Assembly (NCBI GenBank): GCA_951406725.2
Contig: OX597828.1
Span: 52,638,001-52,702,000, forward strand
Origin: Octopus vulgaris
Taxonomy: Eukaryota
Length of the DNA: 64,000 bases
Direction: 5' to 3'
Shown: in pieces, positions 1-12,700 of the stretch
Position numbering within the stretch: position 1 is the stretch's first letter
How the letters are laid out: every line of letters begins with the position of its first letter
The notes under the pieces: model-generated
Databases searched by the model: none
Told to the model about the DNA's origin: nothing
What the model saw: only the letters and a program-made list of their open reading frames with translations
Made by a program: the position numbers and the translations under genes

Positions 1-54
1 TTTATCAATCACGTATGACACAACAGCCTAGTAATTTCCACGTAAGAAATCATC

Positions 55-70
55 ATTATTATTATTATTA

Positions 71-114
<44 letters not shown>

Positions 115-115
115 G

Positions 116-180
<65 letters not shown>
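55..180. repeat. (ATT)n microsatellite
   Basis: Direct inspection. Other AAT tracts lie at 4655-4694, 22788-22936, 38085-38148 and 52929-52995. Confidence 0.99.
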
Positions 181-182
<2 letters not shown>

Positions 183-351
183 TGTATTTAATAGGTTCAT
201 TTTTATTACATTCTTTCACAGTACTGCTACATGTTTGTCTGCCTTGGGTATTATGTAATATTTTCTTTTGTTATGCGTTTTCCGTTCCATTATAAAGAAT
301 CTTCGTAATATATTTGCAGTACCCAGAATGCTGTTTTCTATGATATGTATA

Positions 352-1215
352 CAGGATGTTTCGGGCTAAATTTGACGATTTTTTTTTTGGTCTACATTTA
401 TATTTTTCAGGAGGACTTTGATGTAGTTGAACAGTCAGCGGCGTTGGAGAGCATAGTAATTATAGCTGTAGTTGAGAAAACGTTAGCTGACATAGAGGAC
501 TTGAAGCCGTCTGAATATTGGAAAAGTAATACGAGTATCATGATGATTTGCACCGGGTATCAAAGTGCCAAGGTTTTCCCTGTTGTTAACTCGATGTCCT
601 GTGCACATTGTAAAGGAGGTAGGACAGGAAATGCACAGCTGCAATGGAGACTACGGAATCTTGTCCAGCAGGAAGGGACACAGCAGGCATTCTGAGTGCA
701 TCTACACACTGGAATTAATCCAACAACTGATTAACAGGGCTTTAGGCTGAATTCAGAAGTCTATGTGAAACTGCTGGGGACTGGTCAAACCCTGACTGTA
801 GAGGATTGCTGCTAGAAGGATTCGGTTCTTTGCCATTCCTGCAGGAGTTAGATGTGGTTCTCGGAGAATTTTTACGAGTTCATCAGCCCCAATTTCTGGC
901 TTTCTTCTTACTCTAATTGTAATCTTATGGACTACTATGTGTGGGGTGCCGTTGAGAAAGACGCCAATTGCTCGACCTGTAACATCAAAGCCAAGCTGAT
1001 GGCCAAAACCAAGGTATTGTTCGAAGATATTCTTAAGGACATCGAAAGGATCGCAAGGACATCGAGAGGATCGCATGCGCCCGGAGGCGTCGGGAAGCTG
1101 TGGTGGAGGCTGAGGGTAGTTCATTTTTTAGTGAACTCTTATCTCTCAGCGATAATCTACCCGATATTTTTTATAGTTTTATTTTTGGATGAGATATGCT
1201 TTTAGTAGCGAAGAT
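352..1215 (+). mobile_element. Decayed Tc1/mariner (maT/DD37D-like) transposon
   Basis: TA|CAGGATGTTTCGGGCTAAATTTGAC terminus. FISPNFWLSSYSNCNLMDYYVWGAVEK resembles the WPPNSPDLNPLDY motif. Same TIR as the copy at 32168. Confidence 0.8.
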
Positions 1216-1964
1216 ACGACCTTTTAGAAACATGTAAGGTAGGTAGTATTCAGAATAGCGGAAAGTACCTCAGGTAACTAACCTGGTGCGAGTGTTTCTT
1301 ATAGTGTAGACTCTACTAATTTCCCAAAGACCAAGTGAGGTGTTTCCAATGCGGTTTCCACAATTAGCTCCAAAGGAATAACATATTTTGTTAAACCGAA
1401 CGGTTTCCACTAAAGACCCCTAAGGACAAGGCTGTGGTTCGAAATTTAGGTACGGTTTCAGTCTACTGTCCCATGAATCATTTACCTGTCACTAAACAAT
1501 ACAAATATTTCCAGTCTTCAAATTATGTATGAAACAGTATTTACAACACACTAACTAGAATGAACTGCTGGTAGCAACTTATTTCTGCGAACTCCTTCAT
1601 TAATATTGTCTATGAAATAGAATAAATTTTATAAAATACCATGTTCTTGCGGTTAATTTTGTTTTCATTGTTTATCATTATATCAGTCCTGATCGAAGAG
1701 CAAAGATGTTCTAACATTGACCATACCATTAATTATATATATATACCTATGACGGGGTCTTTACCCTTTTACTTACGACTATATTGCCCTAAGAGTGAAT
1801 TCGATATTTTTTCACGACAGTATACTATTATTTGTAGGAGATTTGGAGGTTATTTCTAGCAAATCGAAGAATGTCATAAAGGTGTCACCGTTCGTGCGGC
1901 TTAAATCATTATATATTTTATTGTTTTAATTATTTACTAATTTATCGTAAATAAATTATGTAAA

Positions 1965-2037
1965 ACACGTCAGTGCTGCGTTGGCAAATGGCGGAAAAGC
2001 AGTTTTCTTTTAAAATTACCATATTTCTGTTGTGAGT
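1965..2037 (+). promoter_or_regulatory. Possible promoter/first exon (TCAGT, YY1-like AAATGGCGG, ATG at 1988 MAEKQFSFKITIFL, donor GTGAGT at 2032)
   Basis: Motif co-occurrence only. Confidence 0.35.
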
Positions 2038-4150
2038 TAACGTTTCAACTTTTTATTACGTTTGAAACATTTTTGTTGATGTTGAGTGCGTGAGAGAAAG
2101 AGCAAGAGAGATAGGACAGACAGACAGACTGATATACAGATAGACAGAGCAAGGAGGAGTTTATGTGTGCGCGTGTGTGCGTGCATGTGTGTGCGTGGGG
2201 GGTGGTGTTTACAGGTTTACAAGAATTAAATTTTAATTCTACAGTTTATCTACAAACATTTTTACGGCTGTGTAGATGCTGTGAAAATAAGTTATTTTCA
2301 GCGGCAATCCGTCGCCCGGTTTAAAACCGTCGTTGTCTTGGGAATGAAAGATCTAATTCCTCTTTTGAGTTAAAAAGTTAGCAGCCTTTACAGAAGTCGT
2401 CACTTCCTTTAAAAAAACGAAAAGAAGAAAAACAATTTAATATATCTTTTGTTTCCCCTCTATGTTTATCCTCCTTGTGGGCAATAAGGAAATAAATATA
2501 ATAATATATAGTGTCAGAGTTTAATAAATGCAACAGTTGGACTTTGTTCTTCCTAAGTGGCCCGTCACCTGAAGTCATGGAGCGAGAGGAATGTTCCTCG
2601 TTATGTAACTCTTTCGAGGTTGCCAGATTTTGCTGATGTTTTCACACGCAGGTTAATTTTGTTAGAATCGTGAGAGGCAGATAACATGTCATGAGATATT
2701 CTGTTACAGTTCATTGTGTTTTGAGCTCAATTCTCGACAAAACCAACATGCAATTTTTTGTCGTTTATTTTTTTTATAATTTATAATATGTCTCTCTTTC
2801 GAAACTTATGCTGTGCTTTTTATGTTTTCTTCCACCGGTTTCGGAAATGAAACATAAGGAAATAAATAAAATAAAAAAAAACATCATACATTTTACCGCA
2901 GTTCAATAGTAAATATTTTAACTTCCACCATTGCATGACAACTAGTACATTTTTACTTTCGTTTTACTGTTCCGTCACACACAGAGATAAGATATCCATT
3001 TTAAGTACAATATTCTAAAAAGAAAACTAAAAGCTTTTAGTTTTTAGTGCTCCATTACAATAGAGTTCCTTAGTTTCTTTCTCGCTACAGACCATAATAT
3101 CATTTGCCTTATACACAAATACCGTAAAACAAAAATTCCTTCCGACATTTTACCGCTCTATATGTCTCTCTGTCTCTCTGTTACGATACTCCGAGAAATT
3201 TTTCATCTGTTACAAAAGATATCACATAAGTACATTTATGTATTATTTTTTTAAAAGTAACTTCTTAGAAAAGATATTTAGGTTTTACCTTTATCTAACA
3301 TATTTCAAATTACCTCACTGCATGATACAACAAACCGTTTCACCTTTACCGATGAAAAGCAGTGCTTTGTGGCGAAAAAAAAAAGGAACCTTAAATTTAC
3401 TGTCCTTCCATATAATAATCTTTTATTCTTGGTTTTGTCTTATATCAGAAGAAATAAAAAAACATTTTAGGTTTTAATACCGAGCGACACAATAGCTTCT
3501 GACTTTCTGTTGACGTATAATACACTGATTTCGTAATGATTTTTATAACTGTTCCACATAAAAAGCTTTAACAATTTACACCTTCAGGGCACTTTAAGCA
3601 ATTTTATTTTCACCTACACAGATTAGGCATCACAGCAGAATTTTATGCTATCTCTGTATGACATTAAAAGTTCTTCATATCGACGACCCACATTATATAT
3701 CTCGCAGCCGATTGTAAAAGTTCTATCGTTAAGACAATAACATTTTTCATTTCCACCAACTCACCTTATAGCTGCATTTAAAGTCACCCACGTATGACAG
3801 AATACGACTTTAGCTTTTACCGTGCATCATACAAAACGCATTCGTTTTATTAATGTTACATTTCAGAAAAATCATTGAAAACTGCTTCAGTGTTTACTAA
3901 TTTATCAGATTAAAGACGAAACCAAACACTTCAGTGTTTACTACTGAATCGCGAGAAAGCTTTTTAATCTTCTTTTTTTTTACAGTAGTATTCATAACAT
4001 TTAGATTGTGTTTGTTTGGGTTTTGGGTCATAATCATAATGTGTGGGTATTATTGTGTTTTACCATATTTACAAAACATCTTTTTAATATTTGACTGCCG
4101 AAACCTTTCTGTTCTGTTCATGTTATAAACGCAAGTTTTATTAGTAGACC

Positions 4151-4396
4151 TCACTTTTGATTAAGAGATAAAACTCGTCTCTGGTTCTGTAACGCCACAT
4201 ATTTTTGAAGAATGGACTTTATCCAACGATTTGGTTTTTGGATAACTTTATCAGACCCTACTGTATTGCAAATATTTGTTGCAGCTCTCCGGACTGCCAT
4301 GGTCAAATCTTTAACTTTGGAAAAGAAAATGAGGGTGGAGACAGAAGTGCTGTCTTTCAATAAATTTGTTGAAAAGGCGATGAGAAAGACGAGCAT
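4151..4396 (-). pseudogene. Possible very old mariner transposase N-terminal (HTH) relic
   Basis: AVRRAATNICNTVGSDKV...NRW loosely resembles the mariner HTH segment EAARNIC..YG....RW. Confidence 0.3.
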
Positions 4397-4650
4397 GATC
4401 CAAGTGAAACTTCGACTATGCAGTCAATAAGCCAGTTAGATACAGCTGTCAAATACCTCTTAAAATAGACAGTAACAAAAAACGAGAGGTACATTAGTCC
4501 CAGGACAGCTAAAGGAACATTGCAGTTGTGTGTTTAATACAACTTACATGATGTGTGCGTATATGTATTGTAAGTGACACATAGCATAGAAAGTAGAACG
4601 TTACACCTCGCCATACTATAAATGCATTATAAAAAACACATTAAACTTTA

Positions 4651-4695
<45 letters not shown>

Positions 4696-5356
4696 GATAA
4701 AAAGCTAAAAGAAAAACAACAGAACCCAATCTAGCTGCCCCCACCCAAAACCCATAGAACTATATAATAGTTAATATCAGACAATATATGCAATTTAAAG
4801 ACAATTAATCGTTCTTTGTTTTTTATCATTGAATTTATATTAAATCCAAACGTAAACTATTATGGGAGAGAGAGAGAAAGAAAGAGAGAGAGGGGGGATA
4901 TTATGTAGAAGGAGAGAGATAATCGGAAAGGAAGAGAGAGAGAGAGAGAGCGAAAATATACAAAACAAGCCTCTTAAACTGTTTAGCTAATGGAGTAGAA
5001 AATTTTAAATTGAAACAATCCCAAGAGAGTTGGAATATTCCAAATGAAATGTAAGTGAAAAGAGGAGGAAGATATTTAAGTTAATGCTTTGAATGTCAAT
5101 GGAAAAGTTAAATTTGTATCGTCAAGAGAATAACACTTTTAGAGGTCAGCGAAAGTTTGAGAGGGGAAAACCAGCCAACTCGGGGAATTGTGTTTGTTTT
5201 TCCAGTAAAAATACAAACCTACATCAGTTAACCTCTGTCTCTCACTCTACGTATATAAATCTAAGTGTGTGAGCGTGTGTATATAGGTACGTATATATTA
5301 ACACACATATATCTCACACATTTATTCACACTCACGTGTGTGCATAAATTGATATA

Positions 5357-5410
<54 letters not shown>

Positions 5411-5645
5411 ATATATATATATATTATATGTGTGTGTATAAATATAAATACATGGATATATGTGAAAAAAATGTCGATTAACTTCAGAAATTACTAAAGT
5501 CATATTCTTAAAATAATATAGGGTAACAAAATTTTAGAAATTTTTCTACCAGTGGCCTAGCATGTATAAAAAGTCAATAAACAACCTATTTTCCATATAA
5601 AATCAGTGTACATTTAAACACAAAGAGGTGACCCTTACCAGGCCG

Positions 5646-5649
<4 letters not shown>

Positions 5650-5682
<33 letters not shown>

Positions 5683-5802
5683 AATTTCAACGTATTTCAC
5701 TCAAATTTGACGTCGATGTTACTTAGTTTGGTTTGAAATAAAGAACTTGATTAGCTTAATAATCCTAACTTAATCCCGGGCCAAACCGGGTTATACTGCT
5801 AG
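5650..5802 (+). mobile_element. Mini non-autonomous Helitron (3' terminus clear)
   Basis: CCCGG-GCCAAA-CCGGG hairpin (5775-5790), an 8-nt spacer, then CTAG|T (5799-5803). The 5' end is lost in the (TA)n tract. Confidence 0.65.
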
Positions 5803-6249
5803 TATGTAGATATATTTGTACTTAAACATCTCTCTCTCTCTCTCTCTCCCTATGTGTGAGTGTGTGTGTGTGTGTGCATGCATGAGTGAGCATACACATA
5901 TACACTCACACATATATGTTATGTGTATATGTGAGTGCACGCGTTTTGTCCATTGCAATGAAATATCTCAAACTGGCTGCTTTTTTTTTTTTCTTTCTAT
6001 TTTTTGATTCATCAATTCAGAGGTAAAATGAATACGATAAAATAAAAGACAGAAATGCTGCTCTTTACAAAATCCCTTAAAGTATTCGAAGTTTTTGCAC
6101 AGCCGCTTTGGCCCTGTTTCACAATGCTGATTAGACACTGCCTTATTTTGACATCAGACGTTTTCATGTTTCTTTTTCTCCCTCACTCGCTGCATCTCTG
6201 TTTCAGAATAGGGGAAGCGTTTAACAACCGCGTTTAATTAAAACTGTGG

Positions 6250-6462
6250 TTTCTTCCTGCATTGGCTTTATTTGTATGTGTGCATTTCTGCGTGAGCGCA
6301 GTGTATGTGTTTGCTTCCTGTGTCCAAGAGTAATGAATGCCAAATCAGTCGTGCCGTATCGTTAGCACCGAAGCAGCCGGGCCTAAACGCCTCAGTTTGA
6401 TCGCTGGAGATATTCTTGCAAAGCAGAAGCTTTGATTCATGGAAAAATTGACGCCTGTAAGT
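6250..6462 (+). promoter_or_regulatory. Probable Pol II promoter and first exon (TCAGTC initiator at 6345; ATG GAA AAA TTG ACG CCT|GTAAGT, MEKLTP)
   Basis: Unique CpG-containing island with CTTCCTG twice, ATTGG, an Inr-like TCAGTC, ATG at 6439 and a perfect donor at 6457. Confidence 0.5.
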
Positions 6463-6524
6463 ACTGCCGGGTACTCTTCCGTCAGATTCACACGCGCACA
6501 CGTGTGTGCATAAATTGATATGGC

Positions 6525-6565
<41 letters not shown>

Positions 6566-6638
6566 AATCAAGATTATTCATACGTATATAAATGCATATA
6601 TATATATATATATATACTTTATTTAAAAGCAGCAGAAA

Positions 6639-6697
6639 TTTAACAAAAGCTGTTACTCGGAGTTTCACGTTCCCGTTCGTCGGACAGTTTTGTTAAA
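6639..6697 (-). ncRNA. Type I hammerhead ribozyme motif (U4C variant)
   Basis: Minus strand reads TTTAACAAAACTGT-CCGACGA-ACG(GGAA)CGT-GAA-ACT(CCG)AGT-A-ACAG(C)TTTTGTTAAA: 14-bp stem I with one bulge, stems II and III paired, GUA cleavage triplet. Confidence 0.7.
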
Positions 6698-6792
6698 ATA
6701 GAACCAAGATCACAATTCTATAAATAAAGCATATTACTCTACCTCTGGTATTTGAGTACTCTTTGTTCCACCTTGTTTCACATTTATGTGTT

Positions 6793-6831
<39 letters not shown>

Positions 6832-7344
6832 GTATGTATGTATATACCAATATGTTGTAGTATATTTATTTCCTAGATATATGAATCGGTTGCAATAATT
6901 GTGTGCATGATTCTTTCCAGACTCTCAGAAGCGGCATATTAAAACCGCTCCATACTATCAGCTCCAATAACACAAAAAACCCACCTACATTTACACACCA
7001 CCACCAAGTGCTACATTATGTCGTACCTAGAGTGTGGTCCAGTTCACCATCATGCTACTTGCCTTGTAGTAAACCCACCATTCTTTCAGTTATTGCAACA
7101 CTGTACCACCACCGACGACGCCCCCACCGAAGCAATCTCGTATACAGCAACGCACACTTTCGCACACAGCATTTCAAGTTTTCACCCAACCACATCGACA
7201 CTCTGCAGCACACCCAGGCGTTTAGAACGCTACACTTCAACACCACCACCACCACAACCACCATCATTTTACAACCGCTTCATCGTCACACTCACGCCAA
7301 AAAAATACATAGATGATATAATAATAATCTTGCCTACTGAAACT

Positions 7345-7526
7345 TTGGAGTGGGGGAGCTAGTCGATTACATCGACTCCAGTCCTTGACTGGTACTCATT
7401 TTATCGAATCCATAAGGATGAAAGGCAAAGTCGACCTCGGCAGAATTTGAACTCAGAACGTTAAGACTGATGAAATTCCGCTAAGCATTTAGCCCGTGTG
7501 CCAACGATTCTGCCAGCACACCGCCT
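7345..7526 (-). mobile_element. tRNA-like SINE family B (GAGCTGGCAGAA head, GTCGACTTTGCCTTTCATCC central block)
   Basis: GGATGAAAGGCAAAGTCGACCTCGG..GAATTTGAACTCAGAAC block shared with about ten copies. Confidence 0.85.
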
Positions 7527-7839
7527 TGGATGATACCGTAATAATGCTATACTCATATATCATAGCACTTGACAAGTGATTGTTGTTATTCGTTACGCTG
7601 GTGATACGGATAATATTCGGTGGTGTTAATGATTTATTAATTCTATGTTTTAGTATGTGTACAAAAATGTGCGCCTTTCTGTGTATGTGCAATGTTCCCA
7701 TATAAAAATGTTTGCATGCCCACCGATATTTCGACTGAAAACTCTTCCAGTTTACCACATTTAGTTGTTGGGACATGTGGTACCAATTACAACGGGGTGT
7801 GTTTGTCTCCGTTGGAATATCTTTTTTGCTTGTTCCTTC

Positions 7840-8116
7840 TAGAGCCATGCCTGGCTCATAAGAGCCGGTTTCCCGGTTTCCTTGGCGTATAGGTTCCCCA
7901 CCTGGACGGGACTCCAGTCCGTCGCAGTTGAGCTGCAAGATGCAGGAGGAAAGAGTGAGAGAAAGAGTCAGCAGAAGTTTGCCATCATCTTCTGCCAGAG
8001 CAACTAGGAGCTTAGGTGTTTCGCTGATAAACACACACATCGCCCGGTCTGAGATTCGAACCCAGGATCCCTCGACTGCGAGTCCGCTCTCTAACAAGTA
8101 GGCGATGTACCTCCAC
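7840..8116 (-). mobile_element. SINE family C, tail type c
   Basis: Head GTGGAGG...GCGGACTCGCAGTCG...GGTTCGAATC; different 3' module ending TTATGAGCCAGGCATGGCTC. Confidence 0.8.
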
Positions 8117-9504
8117 ACCCGTTGGAAGATACCATAGCTGAATCGGAATACAATATTATGATAATACCTGCGTAAATACATGCTTATTCTTTGGCACATT
8201 TTTCCATTCCGGTCTGGTTATATTCACCTTTTCTTCTTGACTGCTAACCAAAAAATGACTCCATTTTTGTTTTCTGCATTACACCGGAACTCTTGTTAAA
8301 ATGTAGGACCACACATATTTCTTATATACTATGTATCATAGATTACATTTCTCCATCTGTTCTTTCACTCTACGAATTTTATGTCGTAACCCGAACTATT
8401 GTATAATTTATATAAATATATTTTGAGCATTTTAGTTGTTCATCAAATGTTATATATTGATACATGTGTACGCGTATGAAATGTGTATTCCTCAGTAAAT
8501 AAACACCGCAGTCTTAGAAAACGAAGAACGTAGTAAGTTTTCTTATATTCTGTAATCATTGATGGACTCAAACCGAAAACATTAAAAGAAGAATGGAAGG
8601 GTTCCAGCAGTACCACGTTTCATAGAAACATGGAGATGCTGGATCAAAAGAACAACATCAAGAGTATAAGCATCGGTATGAGAGTGAGAAGAGTACCAGT
8701 CCAAACTCTCTCTCACACAACGCGATTAACCAGTGCTTGGGTCGCAATATACTTATGGTCATTCAAAGTTATGTAGAGAAATCTCGCATCAGAGAGAATA
8801 ATGTGGAATGCATTTATATACTCAACGTGGTTCAACTACATTAGGTCTGATTTGGAAATATGCAACAGCAGGATCAGCAACAACAACAACGACATCTGCT
8901 ACCATGTCGACAGTGACGACAACAGCTACAACTGCAACACAATATTTAATTTTATTAAGCATGGTAATGCTACAAGAAACAAGGTTAATAAAAGAGCTCT
9001 GTGACTCAGAACATTCGCCGCAAATTGTTTCACACACTCACATTAATAGATATAGATAAACACATACATGTACATGTTATACACATTTATACACGCTCTC
9101 CACTAATCTATCGAGATGAGGAAAAATGCAATTGCACTAATCCTCTCGATGAAGATTAAAATGCTATCATGTTTAGAAGTGTGGGTGGGGGGAAGGAAAT
9201 TAAATTCGCAATTGAGATAATAACAACGCTGAGATAGAGTAGTCCAGTCAATGGTATGAATGAAGTTACCACAACACAGCCGCAAGCATATATATCCAGA
9301 GAGATACGCATACATACGCGCTTATAGACAGCCATACCGTACATTTGGGCACATATATATTCGTAGAAACGCAAGCATACATTGATAAATACAAATACTG
9401 ACACACAGATACGTTCATGCATATATATTACACACACATGCACATACTCGTGCACACACACGCGCACATATATTCAATTATCAAACGCACATACACAATG
9501 TATG

Positions 9505-9677
9505 TGTATTGTTTGTTCACTGGTTCGCTGCGACAGCGATCTAGAGATGACCTATCTATCCTGTCTATGGCCTTCAAGTGTTCTGACGCTCAATGCTAAG
9601 AGGGAGTCGTGCCAGAGCCTTGTAAGACGGCAAACAAGCAAACCAGAATAAACTGAACTTGTACGGTCGATAATACA
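9505..9677 (+). mobile_element. Short solo-LTR-like insert
   Basis: TGTATT...AATACA inverted ends, AATAAA about 25 nt before the 3' end, flanked by simple repeats. Confidence 0.4.
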
Positions 9678-9832
9678 TATATATATATGTGTGTGTGTGC
9701 GTGTGTGTGTGTGTGTGTGTGTAGTAAATCCCCCCCCTCAAAAGATGAACAAAACAAACACAAAAAACCAACAACGCGGGGACGTGGTACATGTTAAGTA
9801 TTAGTAGACGCTTAGGGAAGGAAAGAATGATG

Positions 9833-9867
9833 GTTTAACGTTTCGAGCAATGCTCTTCTCCAGAAAC
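9833..9867 (-). ncRNA. Minimal type I hammerhead motif, A6G mutated, Penelope-like
   Basis: GTTT-CTGGAGA-A-GAGC(ATT)GCTC-GAA-ACGT-T-AAAC; palindromic stem III. Confidence 0.6.
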
Positions 9868-10123
9868 AGAGGAAAATCCAATAGACTTAAGACAATAGGA
9901 AGACAATGGCCAACAGCAAGTTTTACACACGTACAAGCACACACACACAAACACACACACTCACACACGCTGTCATTGTTCTGCTATCGTATAGGGGAAT
10001 TACCATCAAGGGATTTGGTCGAACAGATCGACCCCGATATTTTTTAATACGAGTGTTTATTCCATCAGTCACTTGTATACGCATAGTTGTTAAAAAGTAC
10101 GGAAATAAGACCGTAGCATGGCG

Positions 10124-10168
10124 TTGCTAAATACGTATTTCTGCTTAAATTAACTTCGTCAGCAGCAA
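10124..10168 (-). ncRNA. Minimal type I hammerhead motif with an intact core and weak stem II
   Basis: TTGCTG-CTGACGA-AGTTAATTTAAGCA-GAA-ATACGTAT-T-TAGCAA; 6-bp stem I, palindromic stem III. Confidence 0.55.
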
Positions 10169-10317
10169 GCACCCCTAACCACTGCATGTTAAGAGAACAG
10201 CGGTCGCTACTAATATAGTTAAAATGGCAATTTTTAGCATTATACGTCTCTCAGAGATTCATTCTTGAGACGAATACTACAGTTTAGTAGGCTTTCAATG
10301 GTATATTTGCTTTAATA

Positions 10318-10357
<40 letters not shown>

Positions 10358-10361
<4 letters not shown>

Positions 10362-10750
10362 CTTGCTTACCAACCACATGGTTCCGGGTTCAGTCCAACT
10401 GCGTAGCATCTTGGGCAAGTGTCTTCTGCTATAGCTTCGGGCCGACCAATGCCTTGTGAGTGGATTTGGTAGACGGAAACTGAAAGAAGCCTGTCGTATA
10501 TATGTATATATGTATGTGTGTGTGTATGTTTGTGTTTCTGTGTTTGTCCCCCTAGCATTGCTTGACAACCGATGCTGGTGTGTTTACGACCCCCGTCAGT
10601 TAGCGGTTCGGCAAAAGAGACCGATAGAATAAGTACTGGGCTTACAAAGAATAAGTCCCGGGTTCGAGTTGCTCGACTAAAGGCGGTGCTCCATCATGGC
10701 CGAAGTCAAATGACTGAAACAAGTAAAAGAGTAAAAGAGAGAGTAAAGAG
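10358..10750 (+). mobile_element. tRNA-derived SINE family A (CORE-like CCTTGGGCAAGT block, internal TA/TG microsatellite, GTAAAAGA tail)
   Basis: B box GGTTCAGTCC; near-identical copies throughout the window. Confidence 0.9.
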
Positions 10751-10787
10751 TATAGATAGATAAATAGATATATACATACATACATAC

Positions 10788-11334
<547 letters not shown>

Positions 11335-11531
11335 GGTTGAAAGACTTTGATAAATGTTTGTAGGAGTAACTTTGTGTATAAGCGTGATGTATAAGAGCTG
11401 TGTGTTATACCTGCACATATGGTAACATAGATGTTACATTGAAAAACTATTGTTCTCTTTCCTCAGCTGTTATAAACTTATTCTGCACCAGTTTGTGTTG
11501 TATAAACTCTGCACGAACCTACAATACGCTT

Positions 11532-11567
<36 letters not shown>

Positions 11568-11589
11568 GTCTCTCTCTCTCTCTCTTTCG

Positions 11590-11633
<44 letters not shown>

Positions 11634-11820
11634 TTCATTTTTATATATATTTTCATACGTATCTTTATATTTATGCACACACACTCACACCCGGACGTAT
11701 ATATATTTTCACACACAAACGCACGCTCTTATTTATAGCTTATCAGCTTCTATAATTTCTTCCATAATTTCTTCGTTGCTGTGTGTGTATGTTTTAGTTT
11801 TGTATGAAATAGATAGATAT

Positions 11821-11893
<73 letters not shown>

Positions 11894-12282
11894 CGTCATA
11901 AGATAGATAGATAATTCTTACATATTTTACTGGAAATTGTGGGTACCTGTCCCCCGGACAATATCTAGAGATTGTGTCCATAGTTCTTTATAACCCAGGC
12001 TCTTATTTATAGCTTATCTGCTTGTAGATCTGGAGCAACTTGAAATGAAGTGTTTTGCTGAAGAACACAACGCGTCGCCCGGTCCAGGAATCGAAACCAC
12101 AATCTTTACGATCAAGATGCTGACACCCGAACCACTAAGCCACGCGTCTCCACATTCAGTAAATATACTGCTTATTAAATGTACCTTGGTCATATATGTT
12201 TCTTTTTAAGTCCTGACAATTTCGATTTTCATTCTGGCAGCGATAAAATTAGGTACCAGACAATATGAAGAGATTCATATAT

Positions 12283-12700
12283 ATTTCTTTACTACCCACA
12301 AGGGGCTAAACATAGAGGAGACAAACAAGGACAGACAAACGGATTAAGTCGATTACATCGACCCCAGTTCGAAACTAGTACTTTATTTATCGACCCCGAA
12401 AGGATGAAAGGCAAAGTCGACCTCGGCGGAATTTGAACTCAGAACGTAACGGCAGACGAAATACCTATTTCTTTACTGCCCACAAGGGGCTAAACATACA
12501 GAGAGAACAAACAAGGACAGACAAACGAATTAAGTCGATTACATCGACCCCAGTGGGTAACTGGTACTTAATTTATCGACCTCGAAAGGATGAAAAGCAA
12601 AGTCGACCTCGGTGGAATTTGAACTCAGAACGTAACGGCAGACGAAATACTTATAAGCATTTTGCCCGGCGCGCTAACGTTTCTGCCAGCTCGCCGCCCC
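12283..12700 (-). mobile_element. SINE family B, tandem dimer
   Basis: The body (TTTCTTTACT.CCCACAAGGGG...GGCAGACGAAATAC) occurs twice head to tail, with a single 5' head. Confidence 0.9.
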
